A stretch of 48,291 nucleotides of DNA, filler included, from an uncultured virus (IMG/VR IMGVR_UViG_2622736406_000002) (5 parts of one record of this genome joined end to end with filler, not necessarily neighbours in it), one strand, 5' to 3'; positions 9,421-21,541 are shown, counted from the whole stretch's first letter. Numbers and translations are program-made. The notes: generated by a model from the letters alone, not told the origin.

Positions 9421-9466
9421 ATGGATTATTCTTTTTCCTAAGCGCATAAAAGAGTTACGTACATCT
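9421..9466 (+). CDS. N-terminus of a divergent XRE-family HTH protein (frameshift, runs into contig break)
   Basis: RBS AAAGGAG plus ATG; a 1-nt correction in the T-run gives F-P-K-R-I-K-E-L-R, an XRE helix 1 pattern. Confidence 0.45.
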
Positions 9467-9566
9467 NNNNNNNNNNNNNNNNNNNNNNNNNNNNNNNNNN
9501 NNNNNNNNNNTTAATTAATTAANNNNNNNNNNNNNNNNNNNNNNNNNNNNNNNNNNNNNNNNNNNN

Positions 9567-9852
9567 ATTGTTTTTTCTTCAGGGAATCCGAAAAAAAAGC
9601 TTCATAATCCTCTGGCTGCCTTGCTCCGCTGTTGACATACGGAGCCTCTGTACTGGACGGGAAAAAAGATTCCCAGGAAATCCTTTTAAGCGATGGTCTT
9701 CTGGGAACCACAATTTCTCCTTTTCCAAGTACGTCGTAGGTTTTGTGATCCGTCGGATACTGAATCTCCAGTTCTTCCGGATTGACAGGTATCTTAATCT
9801 TTTTACTCCCAAATTTGACATAGATAGAGCAGCCATTATCTAATTTTCCCAT
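9567..9852 (-). CDS. XkdP-like (LysM) tail protein, N-terminal part
   Basis: IPVNPEEL, YDVLGKGEI, LKRISWESFFP; follows the tape measure gene. Confidence 0.8.
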
Positions 9853-9861
9853 ACACTCCTC

Positions 9862-12263
9862 CTATCCGTGCGATACCTCTGTCCCGCTGGCCATCTCCTG
9901 AATCAGCATCCTTCTGATATAATCAGCCACCTCTTTTGGCGACAGATTTCCTCCAGTTCCGGCAGGAAGGGTGACAGTAATATTGGGGGCCAGAGTTTTC
10001 AGCTCTATCTGGTTCATATACCGCCGCTCTGCCAGATCTCGGTACATCTTTAAATCTTCGTCGGACAGATTCACATCCCCTTCCACGTTTTTGACATTTC
10101 CGACGCTGTCAACCTTACCAATATCAAGTGAATCTCCAGACGGAACAGAAAAACTTCCCAGTCCCTCCAGACCACCTGCCAGATCCTCCAGATTCAGGCT
10201 GAGATTGTCCAGCTTTGAGCCCAGATTAGAACCGTACTGTCCCCACTGTTCTGAAGTTCCGTACACATCCAGGGTTGACATGCGTTTAATCTGAACTGCA
10301 TTTTCCCCAAAGGTATCATCCACCCAGCCCGATACCTGATCCCTGAATCCGGCCACTGCTCCCGATAAATCACTTCCCAGAAGCGCGTCAATCGCCCCTG
10401 CTACCGTTTCCACAATGCCTAGGATAGAATCAAACACATCAGCAAACAGCCGGACGGTAGCACCCAAAGGATCATTCCATACATTTGCAAAAAATTCTGC
10501 AAAAGCTGCAATCACATTCCAGAGAGTAGCGAAGACATTGTATCCCACTGCATAAATCATGCCGAAAACCTGGCCAACCCAGCCTCCCACCTCCTGCATG
10601 CCGATGCCAAACTGCTGAGCTGCTATCATCGCGGCAGCCAGTACCATTACAAGAAGCAAAATCGGCAGATGCGCAAGCATCCATGCTCCCGCTGACGCCA
10701 GCGCTCCGGCAACACTAAATCCAGCAGCCATTACCGATTGAATCTTTACGAAAGCCAAAGCCGCTCCAATCGCAGCCAGAATCGGGATGATAAAGTCCAG
10801 ATTCTCTGCCACCCAAACTGCGCCCTGCCCAACAAGAGACAAAGCATCCACTCCAACCTGTGCCAATGTGGAAAAAAGTACAATCATCTGGTTCAAAATT
10901 CTCTGCCCATCTGCAGAGTTAATAAAGTCACTCCATTCTGATGCAGCGCCCTGAAGGCTGTGCTGAACTTCATTCTGCACCTGTGTCATAGCCTGAGAAA
11001 GNNNNNNNNNNNNNNNNNNNNNNNNNNNNNNNNNNNNNNNNNNNNNNNNNNNNNNNNNNNNNNNNNNNNNNNNNNNNNNNNNNNNNNNNNNNNNNNNNNN
11101 NNNNNNNNNNNNNNNNNNNNNNNNNNNNNNNNNNNNNNNNNNNNNNNNNNNNNNNNNNNNNNNNNNNNNNNNNNNNNNNNNNNNNNNNNNNNNNNNNNNN
11201 NNNNNNNNNNNNNNNNNNNNNNNNNNNNNNNNNNNNNNNNNNNNNNNNNNNNNNNNNNNNNNNNNNNNNNNNNNNNNNNNNNNNNNNNNNNNNNNNNNNN
11301 NNNNNNNNNNNNNNNNNNNNNNNNNNNNNNNNNNNNNNNNNNNNNNNNNNNNNNNNNNNNNNNNNNNNNNNNNNNNNNNNNNNNNNNNNNNNNNNNNNNN
11401 NNNNNNNNNNNNNNNNNNNNNNNNNNNNNNNNNNNNNNNNNNNNNNNNNNNNNNNNNNNNNNNNNNNNNNNNNNNNNNNNNNNNNNNNNNNNNNNNNNNN
11501 NNNNCATCCCATCCTCCGCATACTGCTTAATGGAGCCGGAGGTCCAGCCCATATACTGCTCAATATTCCTGGCGATTCCCGGCGCAGCGTCCAGAATAGA
11601 GTTAAGCTCTTCCCCGCGAAGAGCCCCGCTGGCCATTGCCTGAGTCAGCTGCACCATAGCTCCCTCCATAGCCGCCGCGCTTCCTCCGCCAATGGCAAAT
11701 TGCTTATTGACAGACTCCATAAAGGCGATCAGTTCCTGATTGGAGCTAAACGCATTTCCCGCATTCAGGCCCATTTTTGCAACCGCATCCGCAGTGGATG
11801 TATAAGAAGCCCGGGAACGCTGTGCAGACTGATAAATCATTTCATTCAGCTGCTCCGTATCCTGAAGGCCGTCATTCATCAGGTTAAGCCTTGCCATGAT
11901 CTGCGTCTGCGTATCGGAAAAATCCAAAAAGGACTTGACTAACATCGTCGCTCCGGTTGCGGCCGCAATGTTCCTGAAGGTGGACAAAAGCTGTTTTGCC
12001 GAATGGTTCGTTCTTTCCACCTCCGCCCGCTGCCTCTGCTGGTTCTCTACAATTTCAATCATGGCCTGGTTCTGTTTCTCCATCTGGCTGCCCAGCTCCC
12101 GTATGGAGCTTATCACGGCTCCCGCCGACTTTCCCATCGCGTTTGTAAGGCTTTTATCCAGCATCTGCGTCGTCTGCACTGCCTGGTTTCCCAGATCAAT
12201 AAACATATGAAAGGAGGCAGAAAACTGGTCTGTTAATGTCAATGTCTCATTGATTTTTCCCAT
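9862..12263 (-). CDS. Tape measure protein (gap-interrupted)
   Basis: ARLNLMNDG, AQRSRASY, QLTQAMASGALRGEELNSI (TMP domain) and a hydrophobic middle region. Confidence 0.92.
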
Positions 12264-12844
12264 TTACTTTTTCCTGACCTCCTTCATCTCCTTTTGAAGC
12301 AGCTCCCACATATACAGGCGCTCCTTTAATGGTATCTCCATTACTTTCGAGGGAATTACACCGCGATTGCAGAGCATGTACTGACATAGCCTGGAATCCA
12401 GCGTATTCCCAGCCGCTAGTTTTTTACTTCTTCCTCCAGAGCGGTAAGCTCCTCGTCAGAAGTAATCAGCTCATTCAGCTCCTTGATTGCTTTTACCAGA
12501 CGGTTGTATTCCCCTACCGTCATCATACGGCCCGGAACATCCAGCGGATCTGACGTTTTATAGTGGGCGCATACCTCCGCATCCCGAAAATCAGGGCTCA
12601 CCACGCAGGCCTGCACCAGGAGCTTTCCATACTTGTCAGAATCCAGTTCCTGGACAATCTGCCCATTCAGTTTCGTTTTCCTCATAGCCTGCTTTAACAG
12701 CTTTCCATTTGTTTCCTGATCAATCACCCGGATCACAAACGGGACGGGCTTTCCATCCTCTCCCCTGAACCGTTTGGAAATCACCACCTCTTTTTCCTCA
12801 TTCATAACCGGCGGCTGTAAAAACGCTTTAATATCTCCCATCAT
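12264..12844 (-). CDS. XkdN-like tail assembly chaperone with -1 frameshift extension
   Basis: Zero-frame ORF 12416-12844 ends at slippery A AAA AAC TAG; the -1 frame is open to TAA 12264, abutting the TMP ATG. Confidence 0.85.
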
Positions 12845-12853
12845 ATCCTCCTT

Positions 12854-13324
12854 TTATCCCAGCTGCTCCGGGACATCATTAAAATAATTGAGAACCTCCA
12901 GCGAGGTGTAAGAGAAAGAAACCTCCATCTCCAAAAAATCGGCGTCTGCATCCAGCATGGCAACTGGAAGCTTCTGAAGTTTCACATTGTAAAAAACGAC
13001 TGTCTGAGTGCCGACGCTCGTCGATGGATCCTCATTTGTAATCTGCAGTGTAAAATAAGGCAGACGTCCTGTTTTGATATACTCCTGCAAAAGCCGCAGG
13101 AAATGAGGTGTCCCGTAGTAAATCGTCATGGAGCCTGTCAGGGATACTCCCGTTGTCTTTTTCTGAACCAGCCTCGTCCCGACCACCTTAAAATCAGCCT
13201 CCTGAAACTCGGCGTCAGACTGAAATTTCTTCATGCCAAACATTTCAATGTTCCGGCCGTTGATTGTCATAAAAGCGCTGCCCTCTTTCCCGTTCAGAGC
13301 GTCGTGTTCCAATAAAAATGACAT
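12854..13324 (-). CDS. Tail tube protein (XkdM-like)
   Basis: DALNGKEG, TGSMTIYYGT, QITNEDPSTSVGTQT. Confidence 0.9.
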   Translation of the reverse strand: MSFLLEHDALNGKEGSAFMTINGRNIEMFGMKKFQSDAEFQEADFKVVGTRLVQKKTTGVSLTGSMTIYYGTPHFLRLLQEYIKTGRLPYFTLQITNEDPSTSVGTQTVVFYNVKLQKLPVAMLDADADFLEMEVSFSYTSLEVLNYFNDVPEQLG

Positions 13325-13340
13325 ACTCCGTTTCACCTCC

Positions 13341-14710
13341 TTACTCTGCCACGGTATTAGCAGACACCGTGACTGTCACAGAAAGATATACTTTCTCAAC
13401 TGAATCTACCGGCTGTATGGCCGCATAGACAAGCACGGAATCAATCGCAGTCCCGGGCTCTATTGTCACGTCCTCAGCGTCAAAATTCTGAATCCCATTG
13501 TTTGCCTGCATTTCATTGAGATAGCCTACAATCCAGCCTTTTAACAGGTTGCGTCCCGTATCGTTATTGTCCACCTTGCCGATATAATACTGACTGAACT
13601 GCTGATACACGTCATTACAAAACTGCATAATGACACGCATGACCCGGTTTTTGGAGAACTCCTGCCCCTTGTCTGTAGTAAATGTCGTCAGGCTGTTAAT
13701 ATCGGTGCATACCTTAACACTGCCAAAGGTATCAATAAAACACAGATATCCATTCTGGATTGCCTCCTGGGCCTGTGCATCTGTCAGCTTCGGGTTGGCC
13801 TCCGCCGCACCAGGATACTGCGCATAGGTCAGTGACTGATAGTACATCGCCCCGGCCTCTGCTCCTCCTGCCCACCATGTGGCCTGCTGGGCAGTCAGCT
13901 GCGTACCATCATCCAGAGTCACGCCGTTATTCACTGCGATCACAAACTCGCTGTTGCTGTTTGCCGCATCCTCCCCGGCCATCACTGCCTGGCATTTCTG
14001 CCCCACGCTGTTTGACAGACGCTCCACAAACGCCGCATAAGCCTGAATGGTGGTACTGTCTGTGCCGTCATAAATCAGCACATCAAACCGGTACGGTTCA
14101 ATAGCCGTCAGGAACGCGGCGTAATCGGCCGGCGCCACAGTAGGATCTTTTCCTGTAGCAAGAGCTTCCCCGGCGCTTTCCGTAATCTCTGAACCTGTAC
14201 CGCTAAATGTTACCCAGTCATTTGCTTTGAGCTGGGAAAGATCGGTTATGCTCTGTTCATCTACCACTGTCCCGTCAATCACTGTGGAAACGTCGTAAGC
14301 TCCCTCATGATCTACCTGCTCCTGTACAATTACAGAAATGTCATTTCCACGGATTCCCTCATACAGAGCGGTCGCCGTCAGAGCCCCGACGGCAGCCGTC
14401 GCCTTGACGCCGCCGGTTCCCAGGGCCTGTACAACAGAATCTTACTGGGCCCTGCAGTGGTATCGCTCCCTTTCATCATTTCGCGCAGAAATAATGCCTG
14501 TGGTTTGGTGATATCGTAGCCAATATATGGCCTTACATCTTCTCCCGGGATAATGGTCTGCACTACATTCGCAGGTCCCCAGGAAAGCGGTTCTGCGATT
14601 GCCACAATGCCGCGTTTTCCTACATTTGCATAAATATTTCCCTGGCTTTTTACGTTAATATAAACACCAGGGAGCACCTTGTTCTGGCTGGTCCATGTTC
14701 CTCCTGCCAT
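13341..14710 (-). CDS. Tail sheath protein (XkdK-like), apparent frameshifts
   Basis: MAGGTWTSQNKVLPGVYIN N-terminus; DINSLTTFT, SKNRVMRV, YIGKVDN, QPVDSVEKVY. Confidence 0.92.
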
Positions 14711-14712
14711 GT

Positions 14713-14910
14713 TTATACGCCTCCTTTCAGGACTTTATCGAGAGCGTTCTTCGCCTCCTCAATGGTATATTCTGACTCTTTCAGGATAACCCTGGCAAAA
14801 TCCCGCTGATACCTGGCCAACGCCTTACTCTTCAGGAGCTTTTCAGTTGGATACCTTTTTTCGTTCTTTTCTTCCTTCGCACCTGTTTTACCTTTCTTCA
14901 ATTCTGACAC
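14713..14910 (-). CDS. Small conserved pre-sheath protein
   Basis: 65 aa, YPTEKLLKSK...YTIEEA, typical position. Confidence 0.65.
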   Translation of the reverse strand: MSELKKGKTGAKEEKNEKRYPTEKLLKSKALARYQRDFARVILKESEYTIEEAKNALDKVLKGGV

Positions 14911-15343
14911 GATTCTCCTCCATTTCTCTCATACAGCTCTCATGTTCAGGAAGGGACACCCGCTGACGGACATGGAATTTATAATGCAGCTCTCCATCCT
15001 CCACACTGGCCTGCCGCTCATAGGTATGCAGCAGGACTTCTGTACCGCTTTCATCCCTATATGGAAACAGTTCCAGACTGCAGTCCAGAAATTCCTGCAC
15101 CCCCTGAATCTCTGCATTCCCATTCACAGGATTGCGCTGCTGCACAAACACAAGGTCGATCCCCAGATCACGAAAAAAGCGTCCGCCTACCTCATCCTCA
15201 ATACTCGACGGCATCAATGAAATAAAAAAGCAGGGAAAATCCGTTCCCTGTTGGTTTGGGCTCACATAAACCGGGTAAGAAGGATATTCCTTCTTCAAAA
15301 CGCCAGCCAGGCTGCCTAGTAAATTCTGTATCGTAAAGTTCAT
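14888..15343 (-). CDS. Tail terminator protein
   Basis: QQGTDFPCFFI, DGELHYKF; position before the sheath. Confidence 0.75.
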   Translation of the reverse strand: MNFTIQNLLGSLAGVLKKEYPSYPVYVSPNQQGTDFPCFFISLMPSSIEDEVGGRFFRDLGIDLVFVQQRNPVNGNAEIQGVQEFLDCSLELFPYRDESGTEVLLHTYERQASVEDGELHYKFHVRQRVSLPEHESCMREMEENRVRIEER

Positions 15344-15840
15344 CGAAAACGCTCCCTTACCTTCCTTTGCAGCTCAGAACGCACCACAGAACGGTACTTT
15401 CCGATTGCCTTCTCTTTCATGTACAGCCCGGGGACATAAGTAGTTTTAGTTCCTACCATTAAACCGCCGTCCCCATCTGGCTTTCCAACTAATATTCCCC
15501 CTTCAATTGCCACATGAGAAGTAAAATGCTCGTCTACGTTATGCCCGTCATTGACATAGGATGCATACTGCATATTGTTCGCCAGAACTGTCCTGACACT
15601 CCCCTTGGTATACACAGGCTTGGTCTGGCTGTCCGCCGCCCAGTGCTGGGCCATCTGTCCGCTTCTGGTATTTGTTCCGGCAATCGCTGCCCCTCCATTG
15701 GGCGGTGTGTTTTCATTTGCCACCCTCACCGCCTCGATAGTGGCTCTCTCTGCCACCTCCATCATAATTTTCGGCACATCTTCCCCAGCCCTGCGCAGTT
15801 CCGCCAGGCGCTTTCTTATCTGGCTCCCAAAGCTTGACAT
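15340..15840 (-). CDS. HK97 gp10-like neck/tail-completion protein
   Basis: NNMQYASYVNDGH, YVPGLYMKEKA. Confidence 0.8.
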   Translation of the reverse strand: MSSFGSQIRKRLAELRRAGEDVPKIMMEVAERATIEAVRVANENTPPNGGAAIAGTNTRSGQMAQHWAADSQTKPVYTKGSVRTVLANNMQYASYVNDGHNVDEHFTSHVAIEGGILVGKPDGDGGLMVGTKTTYVPGLYMKEKAIGKYRSVVRSELQRKVRERFR

Positions 15841-15844
15841 CCTG

Positions 15845-16243
15845 TCACCTCACAATCTCCTGCATGAACAGGCCGATCTCCTGATGCTCCAGCCCCGTCA
15901 TGGCTCCTCCTACCGGATCATAATATCGCTGTGGTTTTCCCGCAAAGTACCGCTCCGGCTCCCCCGCCATGCCAAGCGCTCCTCCCCGCACAATCAGGAG
16001 CTCATCTCCCGCCCTTATATCTTCCTTAATGCCGCAGGACAGTTTCTCTGAAGCCTGTACCTGAGCGGCAGTATCTCTCATGGAAGGGCCGCTTTTCTGA
16101 CTGCTGTAAATCCGGCAGGGAATGCTTTTCCCCACCCTCTGTCTTTCCTGAACCGTAATATTGTCATTCTCCACATTCACCACCCGGTACACATCCACTG
16201 TATCCGTATACCAGTCTGAAAAAATCGGATTATCAAATATCAC
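15845..16243 (-). CDS. Head closure/head-tail joining protein
   Basis: GTG start overlapping the DUF4054 stop; [22 protein letters not shown]. Confidence 0.7.
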   Translation of the reverse strand: MIFDNPIFSDWYTDTVDVYRVVNVENDNITVQERQRVGKSIPCRIYSSQKSGPSMRDTAAQVQASEKLSCGIKEDIRAGDELLIVRGGALGMAGEPERYFAGKPQRYYDPVGGAMTGLEHQEIGLFMQEIVR

Positions 16244-16773
16244 ACCAGCATCCCTCCCATTCCTACCTGCCTTGCCATCGTCACCAGCTGCTGTCCATAC
16301 TGAGTGGCATTCCATGCGCCCCATTTCTCCGTTCCGGCTGTAACAGCGCTGTTGTCATAGCTGATAGACGTATCTCCCATCGCTGCAGACTTCACCACAC
16401 CTGTCTGGGCCGCCTTGTTTGCCGCCTGAGCTGCATTCTGAGAGCCGGAAGTATAGGTTTTCAAGTACATGGCTGCAAAATGAGCCACATACAGCCCAGC
16501 CGCATATCGCCAGAGGCTTCCCCACCTGGAAGGCAGTACACTGTCATTGGCCTGTTCAATAAACACCTGCAGCATGGACTCTGGCAGCAGAAGCTTGTAC
16601 CGCTCTTCCTCGCTGCCTATTTCCTTATATACCTGCCAGAACTGTGGAAAATCTGCCTGAAACATCACCTGCGAATAGCTTCCCTGTTCCCCCGGCTGCG
16701 GCACATTGGCCGCTGCTGCCCTCGCCGCCCGAAAGCAGGGACCCATTGGGTTCATGAAATCATACGGCCACAT
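16240..16773 (-). CDS. DUF4054 head-tail adaptor
   Basis: [33 protein letters not shown]. Confidence 0.82.
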   Translation of the reverse strand: MWPYDFMNPMGPCFRAARAAAANVPQPGEQGSYSQVMFQADFPQFWQVYKEIGSEEERYKLLLPESMLQVFIEQANDSVLPSRWGSLWRYAAGLYVAHFAAMYLKTYTSGSQNAAQAANKAAQTGVVKSAAMGDTSISYDNSAVTAGTEKWGAWNATQYGQQLVTMARQVGMGGMLV

Positions 16774-16785
16774 GCCAGCGCCTCC

Positions 16786-17109
16786 TTACTTTTTTGCTTT
16801 TCTGGCTTTCTCTTCCTGATCCGTTTTCTCAGGCTCGGGCTCCTCCGTTTCCGGCTCCTCAGCCTTCTCACGGGCATCCGGGCGAATATCTGCTGACTTT
16901 TCCTTTTCCTGCGCTGCCTCATCTGCTTTGTAAAGGTCTTTATCTTTTCCCGTGTCAGGAGTGGCCACAAGACCGCCTTTCACCGCACCCTGAATCACTG
17001 TGCTTTCAAACACATCCTGAGGAATATCTCCTACAAAATCCCTTTTCACCAAATAAGACGAGCCGTCAGCCCGTCTTACCAGAAAATTGCGTTTTGAAAT
17101 AATAAACAT
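16786..17109 (-). CDS. Hypothetical head-module protein
   Basis: 107-aa ORF with RBS GGAGG immediately after the capsid gene. Confidence 0.65.
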   Translation of the reverse strand: MFIISKRNFLVRRADGSSYLVKRDFVGDIPQDVFESTVIQGAVKGGLVATPDTGKDKDLYKADEAAQEKEKSADIRPDAREKAEEPETEEPEPEKTDQEEKARKAKK

Positions 17110-17126
17110 AATATGTTCCTCCCCGT

Positions 17127-18129
17127 TTAAATCTTATCTACATACAGGATCGTCTGATCATAGAATACTTCTACTTCGGACACATTTCCTGCATAGGCTG
17201 TATCATAGCAGAACTGCTGGGTGTTGGGACTTGTCATGGCTCTGGTAAGCGGCACCAGCTCATCCATCGCAAGATAACGTTCTTTATTGCAGTAAACCGC
17301 CATCCGATCCGATGAACCGTCTGCAGCGGCCCCTTTGCACCAGGATGTTGCACCGATGAACAGATCTGAACCATTCTGCTTGGCCACATTGTTTTCCAGC
17401 AGGAAAGTCAGGATCGTCTTTTCTGCCAGTTCGGAGACCCGGGTAGTCGCCAGATATTTGTACTGGACATACGGCATAATAATATGGTTTGGAATCGCAT
17501 CCAGGTCATACTCTGCTGCCGCCCAGGCCGTCAGGATCGCCGTATTAATGTCCGCCGGATCTGATCCGGAGTTTTGTCAGCAAACTTTGTGCTGCTTTCT
17601 TTGCCGGTTGCAGCGGCATCTGTGATCACCGCATCCGGATTGTTAATAAGGCCTGTTGTACCATAGGCTTTAAAGCCTACATAAGCGTTTTCATCCATGT
17701 GTTTATCATAGGTCATTCTGAGCCCGTCCCTGAGAAGAGCATCCATATTCCTGCCTGTCATATTTCCCCGCTGCATATCAATCCACTGCACACGGGTTCC
17801 GGTGGCGATCATATGGGCCTTATAAAGTCCCTTGGAAAAATCCGCCTGCACCATCGGAATGCCGTTGGCAGAAGCTCCGGTGATGAGACCCTCTCCTGAG
17901 CCGCCGGTTACTCCATATCCTACCTGCATGGCGGATACTGTCTCAGCCCACCCGCCGCCTACGCGGACTGGGATGTCCCTGCTGTATGTAAAACTGGTAA
18001 GCGGGGTACGTACCAGCATATCTCTCTTCTCCAGCTCAGACGTAAGAAACGCCTGTCCAGATGCAATTCCTGCCGCATCCATTGCAAACGCCTTCGCCTG
18101 ACCACTGGAAGCCATACCTAAATTCGCTG
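17127..18129 (-). CDS. Major capsid protein (DUF2184 family), frameshifted, start in gap
   Basis: FLTSELEKRD, TYSRDIPVRVGGGW, YDKHMDENAYVG, GLINNP; C-terminal piece 17127-17477. Confidence 0.85.
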
Positions 18130-18305
18130 NNNNNNNNNNNNNNNNNNNNNNNNNNNNNNNNNNNNNNNNNNNNNNNNNNNNNNNNNNNNNNNNNNNNNNN
18201 NNNNNNNNNNNNNNNNNNNNNNNNNNNNNNNNNNNNNNNNNNNNNNNNNNNNNNNNNNNNNNNNNNNNNNNNNNNNNNNNNNNNNNNNNNNNNNNNNNNN
18301 NNNNN

Positions 18306-18790
18306 ATCAGCTCTGCTACCCCATTTCCATCTGCCTGGCCGCCCCACTGGCAGTTTCCAAGCATGGTTGTCTTTCCCTCGTCATTTTCGGCCTCAAATCC
18401 TCCAACCACGCAGTTAGGATAAGAATCATTGGCCGCAGTCCGGATATACACTGCCCCTCCCAGGGACGGCGTGCTCCGCTGGCAGATTACATTGACCGAA
18501 CCGCGCATCAGCACAGGAACTGCATCACCAGGCAAATACGCTCCCCCATTCTGGTTCCGGTAGTCCCATGCGCTTTTTACTTCGCGGACTGCTACTCCCA
18601 CAAAGCTGTTTTTCGCTCCGGCTGTTCCCATCGCCACAACGCAGCCGTTATTATCATAGGCTACTCCCAGGCCAAACGGAATAGCTTCTTTCCCTCCGGC
18701 CGGCCGTGTATTGATTACCGAATCCGGCTGGCGGGAATAGCTGCCGGCATATCCATGTGTCATTGTCTTTCCTATTACCTGTCCCTTCAT
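18306..18790 (-). CDS. Head decoration/cement structural protein
   Basis: GYAGSYSRQPD, IPFG, FVGVAVREVK; lies between DUF2213 and the capsid gene. Confidence 0.72.
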
Positions 18791-19997
18791 CTATTTAATC
18801 TCCTTTCCATAATTTGGGCTGTGCGGATTCAGGCGGTCATAGGAAGCCTGAATTTTATCCAGATCCATAACGGGTCTGCTGTCCGCCGCTTTCCTGGCAT
18901 TCTTCTGAGATGCCTCCAGAATCTTCGCAATATCGCTTTCACTGTCCTGTACGGTCACACACCGGATCAGGGCATCCGATACGGCGATTCTCTGCTTTTC
19001 GTCCTGGATTGCTGCTACTGCCGGACGCATAGCCTTAAGAATTTCTGCTGCCAGCGCTTTATCCAGACTGCATGAGCCGTTATCTGCTCCTTCTGCAGGC
19101 ACTACCTGGGCCTCTTCACCGTTTTCTCCTCCTGTGAGCTTTTCAAGAGCCTCGTCAAAGGGATCCTTTTTTCTCTTCCTGACTCTCAGCAGCTTTCTCT
19201 TCAAGCATCCTGGCAAGAACCTTATCAACAATGCTGTCAATCACCGACTCGTCCATTCCCTCCGATCCTCCTTCCTTCTTTCCCTCACCTGCCTTTTCCT
19301 CCTTCGGCTTACTGCTCTCCTCTTCCATCGCGTCTGCCGTATCCATAGCCAGCTTTGCGATTTCTTCCGGGGTCTTATCTTTTGCCGCAAGCCCAAACAG
19401 ATTCAAAAACGTATGCTTCATGCCTTTTCCCTTCCTTTCTGGCGGTTCTGCCGCCGGTTTCTGTATTTCTGAATCTAAAATGGCAGCCCGCTTCCCGGCT
19501 CTTCCCCGGTCAACGACTGCCACATGATTCCCTCTAATATTCTTCTGGCTGTACGTGCCGTCCCCGTTTGGAACATACTCGCACTCATAGCCGCAGCTGA
19601 TCTCCCTCTTGCCACTCTGGATTGCATCAATCAGCTCCCTGTCATGGATGTGCAAATCTGCCACCATGTAATCAGCCCATTCTCCCGTGCCTCTGTGCAC
19701 ATTTTGGGCATGTCCCTTTTCGTACATTCCCACATCATCCGGCCCTATCAGGTCAGGCGGGTGATCATTCGTTGCCGGTTTTCCCTCAAAAGAAGCGAGT
19801 GCTGCCTGGGAAAAAACTTCCTCCGGGCTTCTGTGAACAATAATCATTCGTTCCGCGTTCTGACCGGAAAGTCCAATTTCCCGGCCAAGGTATTCCTGAT
19901 CTCCTGTGCGGGCGATAGGGACATTTCTGCAAATTAAAAAGCCCTCGCCAGTTTCTATCTGGTTAGGGCTTATGGTGTAACCATAGTATGATATCAT
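18791..19997 (-). CDS. DUF2213 prohead protease/scaffold, frameshifted
   Basis: GFLICRNVPIARTG, SFEGKPATNDHP, REISCGY, GNHVAVVDRGRAG. Confidence 0.87.
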
Positions 19998-21062
19998 TAC
20001 ATTTTACCTCTTACAATCCAGGAATCGACTCCGTGAACTACCCATTGTCTAAAATCAATGAGCTTCCTGCTTCATCGTTCNNNNNNNNNNNNNNNNNNNN
20101 NNNNNNNNNNNNNNNNNNNNNNNNNNNNNNNNNNNNNNNNNNNNNNNNNNNNNNNNNNNNNNNNNNNNNNNNNNNNNNNNNNNNNNNNNNNNNNNNNNNN
20201 NNNNNNNNNNNNNNNNNNNNNNNNNNNNNNNNNNNNNNNNNNNNNNNNNNNNNNNNNNNNNNNNNNNNNNNNNNNNNNNNNNNNNNNNNNNNNNNNNNNN
20301 NNNNNNNNNNNNNNNNNNNNNNNNNNNNNNNNNNNNNNNNNNNNNNNNNNNNNNNNNNNNNNNNNNNNNNNNNNNNNNNNNNNNNNNNNNNNNNNNNNNN
20401 NNNNNNNNNNNNNNNNNNNNNNNNNNNNNNNNNNNNNNNNNNNNNNNNNNNNNNNNNNNNNNNNNNNNNNNNNNNNNNNNNNNNNNNNNNNNNNNNNNNN
20501 NNNNNNNNNNNNNNNNNNNNNNNNNNNNNNNNNNNNNNNNNNNNNNNNNNNNNNNNNNNNNNNNNNNNNNNNNNNNNNNNNNNNNNNNNNNNNNNNNNNN
20601 NNNNNNNNNNNNNNNNNNNNNNNNNNNNNNNNNNNNNNNNNNNNNNNNNNNNNNNNNNNNNNNNNNNNNNNNNNNNNNNNNNNNNNNNNNNNNNNNNNNN
20701 NNNNNNNNNNNNNNNNNNNNNNNNNNNNNNNNNNNNNNNNNNNNNNNNNNNNNNNNNNNNNNNNNNNNNNNNNNNNNNNNNNNNNNNNNNNNNNNNNNNN
20801 NNNNNNNNNNNNNNNNNNNNNNNNNNNNNNNNNNNNNNNNNNNNNNNNNNNNNNNNNNNNNNNNNNNNNNNNNNNNNNNNNNNNNNNNNNNNNNNNNNNN
20901 NNNNNNNNNNNNNNNNNNNNNNNNNNNNNNNNNNNNNNNNNNNNNNNNNNNNNNNNNNNNNNNNNNNNNNNNNNNNNNNNNNNNNNNNNNNNNNNNNNNN
21001 NNNNNNNNNNNNNNNNNNNNNNNNNNNNNNNNNNNNNNNNNNNNNNNNNNNNNNNNNNNNNN

Positions 21063-21538
21063 CTGGTCTGCTTCCATCCGATTCCCGATGCCTCCTGCCC
21101 CGCCGTCTGCAAAAGAGCTGCCTTCCGGTAGGGATCCGCCTCCAGCCTTGCAACTGTGTAAAACTCCTGTGCCGTTTGATAAGCCGTTTCCGACGCCTCC
21201 ATAATCTCCCCAAGAAGATTATTGGAGAGCTGCTGCACTACAGCAATCTGAGGCGCGGTGAGAGTCCTGGCGTTCATATATCCGGCAGCGTGCTTGTCCG
21301 ACCGGTAAAAAATCTTTTCTATCATCTGTGGCACATAGCTCCAGGACTCATCCACCATACTTTGAAGAATCTTCTGAATCCGTTCCAGGGCTGCGACTTC
21401 TGCATAATCCACATAACCCGCCGCTCGCTTGCGGGTTATCTCATCAATAATCTGCCGCTCTGTCCTTAGGAAAAGAGTCCGCAAAAACAGAGTCAGGTCT
21501 TTCTCTTTTGGCGGCCGGATTGTTCGAATCTGCGTCAT
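21063..21538 (-). CDS. Minor capsid protein, N-terminal part
   Basis: Helical ORF directly after the portal; the rest is in a gap. Confidence 0.6.
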
Positions 21539-21541
21539 GCT

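Noticed and set aside
9511..9522. TTAATTAATTAA palindrome, repeated at 23563, 38897 and 40019
   Set aside because: Always flanked by about 44 Ns; an artificial contig linker carrying stop codons, not biology.
13341..19997. Frameshifts in sheath, capsid and DUF2213 (also recT, rep, parA, parB, mod) as programmed recoding or decay
   Set aside because: Scattered single indels in a low-coverage draft are most simply sequencing errors.
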